In this document: positions 62,057 to 64,000 of the stretch, piece by piece
Numbering within the stretch: position 1 is the first letter of the stretch
Layout: the number at the start of each line of letters is the position of its first letter
Source: an uncultured Verrucomicrobiae bacterium
GTDB taxonomy: Bacteria > Verrucomicrobiota > Verrucomicrobiia > Chthoniobacterales > UBA10450
Assembly: GCA_963735805.1 (NCBI GenBank)
Contig: CAVTMK010000002.1
Coordinates: 1,408,001-1,472,000, forward strand
DNA length: 64,000 nt
Direction of reading: 5' to 3'
Made by a program: the position numbers and the translations under genes
Notes under the pieces: model-generated
What the model was told of the DNA's origin: nothing
What the model saw: only the letters and a program-made list of their open reading frames with translations
The model's database searches: none

Positions 62057-63013
62057 ATGACGAATGACGAAATATCGTCGAAGTATGTCCGACGTTTTCG
62101 TATCGGCTTGGCTCTTCTCGTCATCATCCCGTCTTCGACCTTCGGTTCGATCAAAGAAGATCGATCACCGCAGCTAGGTGGATACAAAGTGGTCCGAGTT
62201 CACTACAGTCCTCTGAATAAAATGATAATGCCCGTTCAGATCAACGGGCAACCTGCAAACCTCCTCGTTGATACCGGAGCGAGCTATATGATGCTAGATA
62301 TGGGCGACGCCGCGTCATTTGGTATAAAGCCATCGCAACGCGGTTTGCGGTACATCCGGTTTAGCGAAATTAATGGCCAGGAACTCCCCTTGGGCTTCGC
62401 CCAGAATCTTACAGCTGGCAGCATGAGTTTTGGTAGTATTCTCGTTACCCTGCATAACTCTGGTTATTCGGGTACGGGAGGCGGTCACGTTAGCGGTCTC
62501 CTTGGCCTCGACATTCTCGGTCGCTACAAAACCGTGATCAATTGCCGAACGAAACTTGTTTTCTTTAAGGTCGATCAAACGCGGCAAATCCACCTCAGTT
62601 CCGTGGCTTCAGCCGAAAAATTCGCGAGAATCCCGTTGCGGCGGGAGGACAACGGCGCGCTAACCGTGGCTTGTTCGCTCCGCGGCCAATCTGTCCGGCT
62701 GCTCGTCGATACTGGCGCATTTATTACAACTTTCGACGAAGCTTTTCTGAAGCCGCTTGGAATTCCACTGGAGGCAACACGGGTATCCGCGCAATTCGCC
62801 CGCGGTGCAACGCGAAAAGTGAGTGCGGGAAAAATCAACGATCTCAAGATTGGTGATTTCAAAGTCCGACCAGCGAAATTTGGCGCTACGGCATTGGGCA
62901 ACTTTGCGCTGCCGAAAGGCGACAAGCGAATCAACGGTATCCTGGGTATCGATACATTGTACGCCTATCATGCCATCATCGATCTCGACGGCATGAATCT
63001 GTTTTTGAAATAG
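62057..63013 (+). CDS. Secreted aspartyl protease with two retropepsin-like domains; start uncertain
   Basis: LLVDTGA twice; GLLGLD and GILGID. Confidence 0.85.
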   Translation: MTNDEISSKYVRRFRIGLALLVIIPSSTFGSIKEDRSPQLGGYKVVRVHYSPLNKMIMPVQINGQPANLLVDTGASYMMLDMGDAASFGIKPSQRGLRYIRFSEINGQELPLGFAQNLTAGSMSFGSILVTLHNSGYSGTGGGHVSGLLGLDILGRYKTVINCRTKLVFFKVDQTRQIHLSSVASAEKFARIPLRREDNGALTVACSLRGQSVRLLVDTGAFITTFDEAFLKPLGIPLEATRVSAQFARGATRKVSAGKINDLKIGDFKVRPAKFGATALGNFALPKGDKRINGILGIDTLYAYHAIIDLDGMNLFLK

Positions 63014-63126
63014 CCGTGGAGGAACGATACTGCCGCGGCTTGGCTCATCGCGCGACGCCCTGCGATGGAATGTTTACCTAAAGTTTTTGCTTTCGTAAAT
63101 CGTCGGACACTGTTCTTTGTTCGCCC

Positions 63127-64000
63127 ATGACTGCAGTGGAAGATCGGCGGGGAAGCACGCGCGCGGCGGGAATCGTGGGCCTAGCGATTCTCTCCAGCCG
63201 GATACTCGGGTTGATCCGCGAAATGATATTTGCCGGCCTCTTCGGCGCGGGCCGAAATCTCGACGCGTTTCTGATGGCGTTTCGGTTGCCGAATCTGCTG
63301 CGCGACTTGTTTGCCGAGGGCGCGCTATCGACAGCGTTCATTACGACCTTTGCAAAAAAGATCGCGGTCGATGGCGATGAATCGGCGTGGCGACTCGCAA
63401 ACAAAGTTGCGACGCTCACGGCCATTTTCATGAGCGTGGTGACGTTGCTCGGAATCATTTTTGCGCCGCAGCTTGTCGATCTTTTAACGTGGGGAAGCTG
63501 GTCCCCGGACAAGACCGCGCTGACGATTTTACTCACACGCATCATGTGGCCCTTCATGTTGCTGGTGTCGCTTGCCGCGTTGGTGATGGGCATCCTCAAT
63601 GCGAAACATGTCTTTGGGCCGCCAGCGATGGCGTCGAGTTATTTCAATCTCGGTTCGATCATTGGCGGCCTCGCGATTGGCTGGTGGCTTGATCCGCATT
63701 TCGGCGCCCGATCGCTCGTGGGATTGGCAATTGGGACGCTGATCGGTGGCGCCTGGCAATTGTCGGGACAATTTCCATCTCTGTGGCGTGTTGGCTACAG
63801 ATACCGCCCTGATTTTCACTGGCGCGATGAAGGGGTTCGCGCGGTGCTCACGCTAATGGGACCCGCTGTGATTGCTGCGAGTGCTGTGCAGGTAAACGTA
63901 CTCATTAACAGCGGATTTGCGGCGAGCCTCGGCAACGGGCCAGTCAGTTGGTTAAACATTGCATTTCGCCTGATGCAGTTGCCGCTGGGAATTTTCGGCG
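63127..64000 (+). CDS. murJ: Lipid II flippase MurJ (3' truncated; absent from the ORF track)
   Basis: SRILGLIRE...DAFLMAFRLPNLLRDLFAEGALSTAF, FRLMQLPLGIFG. Confidence 0.93.
   Translation, partial: MTAVEDRRGSTRAAGIVGLAILSSRILGLIREMIFAGLFGAGRNLDAFLMAFRLPNLLRDLFAEGALSTAFITTFAKKIAVDGDESAWRLANKVATLTAIFMSVVTLLGIIFAPQLVDLLTWGSWSPDKTALTILLTRIMWPFMLLVSLAALVMGILNAKHVFGPPAMASSYFNLGSIIGGLAIGWWLDPHFGARSLVGLAIGTLIGGAWQLSGQFPSLWRVGYRYRPDFHWRDEGVRAVLTLMGPAVIAASAVQVNVLINSGFAASLGNGPVSWLNIAFRLMQLPLGIFG

Noticed and set aside
63078..63599. 173-aa minus-strand ORF
   Set aside because: Antisense shadow of murJ

Overview
Bacterial chromosomal window with about 60 genes and two tRNAs. The gene families (TolB/TPR 'MSGFFEELQRRKVYR' protein, GloVer repeats, FG-GAP tails) and the palindromic intergenic repeats suggest a soil Verrucomicrobium (Chthoniobacterales/Ca. 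Udaeobacter-like); that assignment is inference. Highlights: (1) A ~11.5 kb Phe/Tyr catabolic region (phhA, hppD, hmgA) encloses what looks like a complete tetrahydrobiopterin (BH4) pathway: folE, a three-domain tandem 6-pyruvoyl-tetrahydropterin synthase with catalytic residues split between domains, and a sepiapterin-reductase-like SDR. It also holds a SufR-like Cys regulator and two copies of a perfect AGTCAA-N8-TTGACT palindrome. (2) A small GIY-YIG nuclease sits between tRNA-fMet and a duplicated tRNA 3' half that carries an inserted hairpin, and the gene's stop codon lies in the copied anticodon loop. (3) A FixJ-type regulator/outer-membrane cluster has a thrice-repeated 16-bp motif. (4) There is an aryl-polyene-like tailoring fragment, a collapsed NCS2 permease remnant and REP-like hairpins. 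Four genes carry single +1 insertions, which may be sequencing errors. All function calls come from motif recognition by eye; no searches were run.
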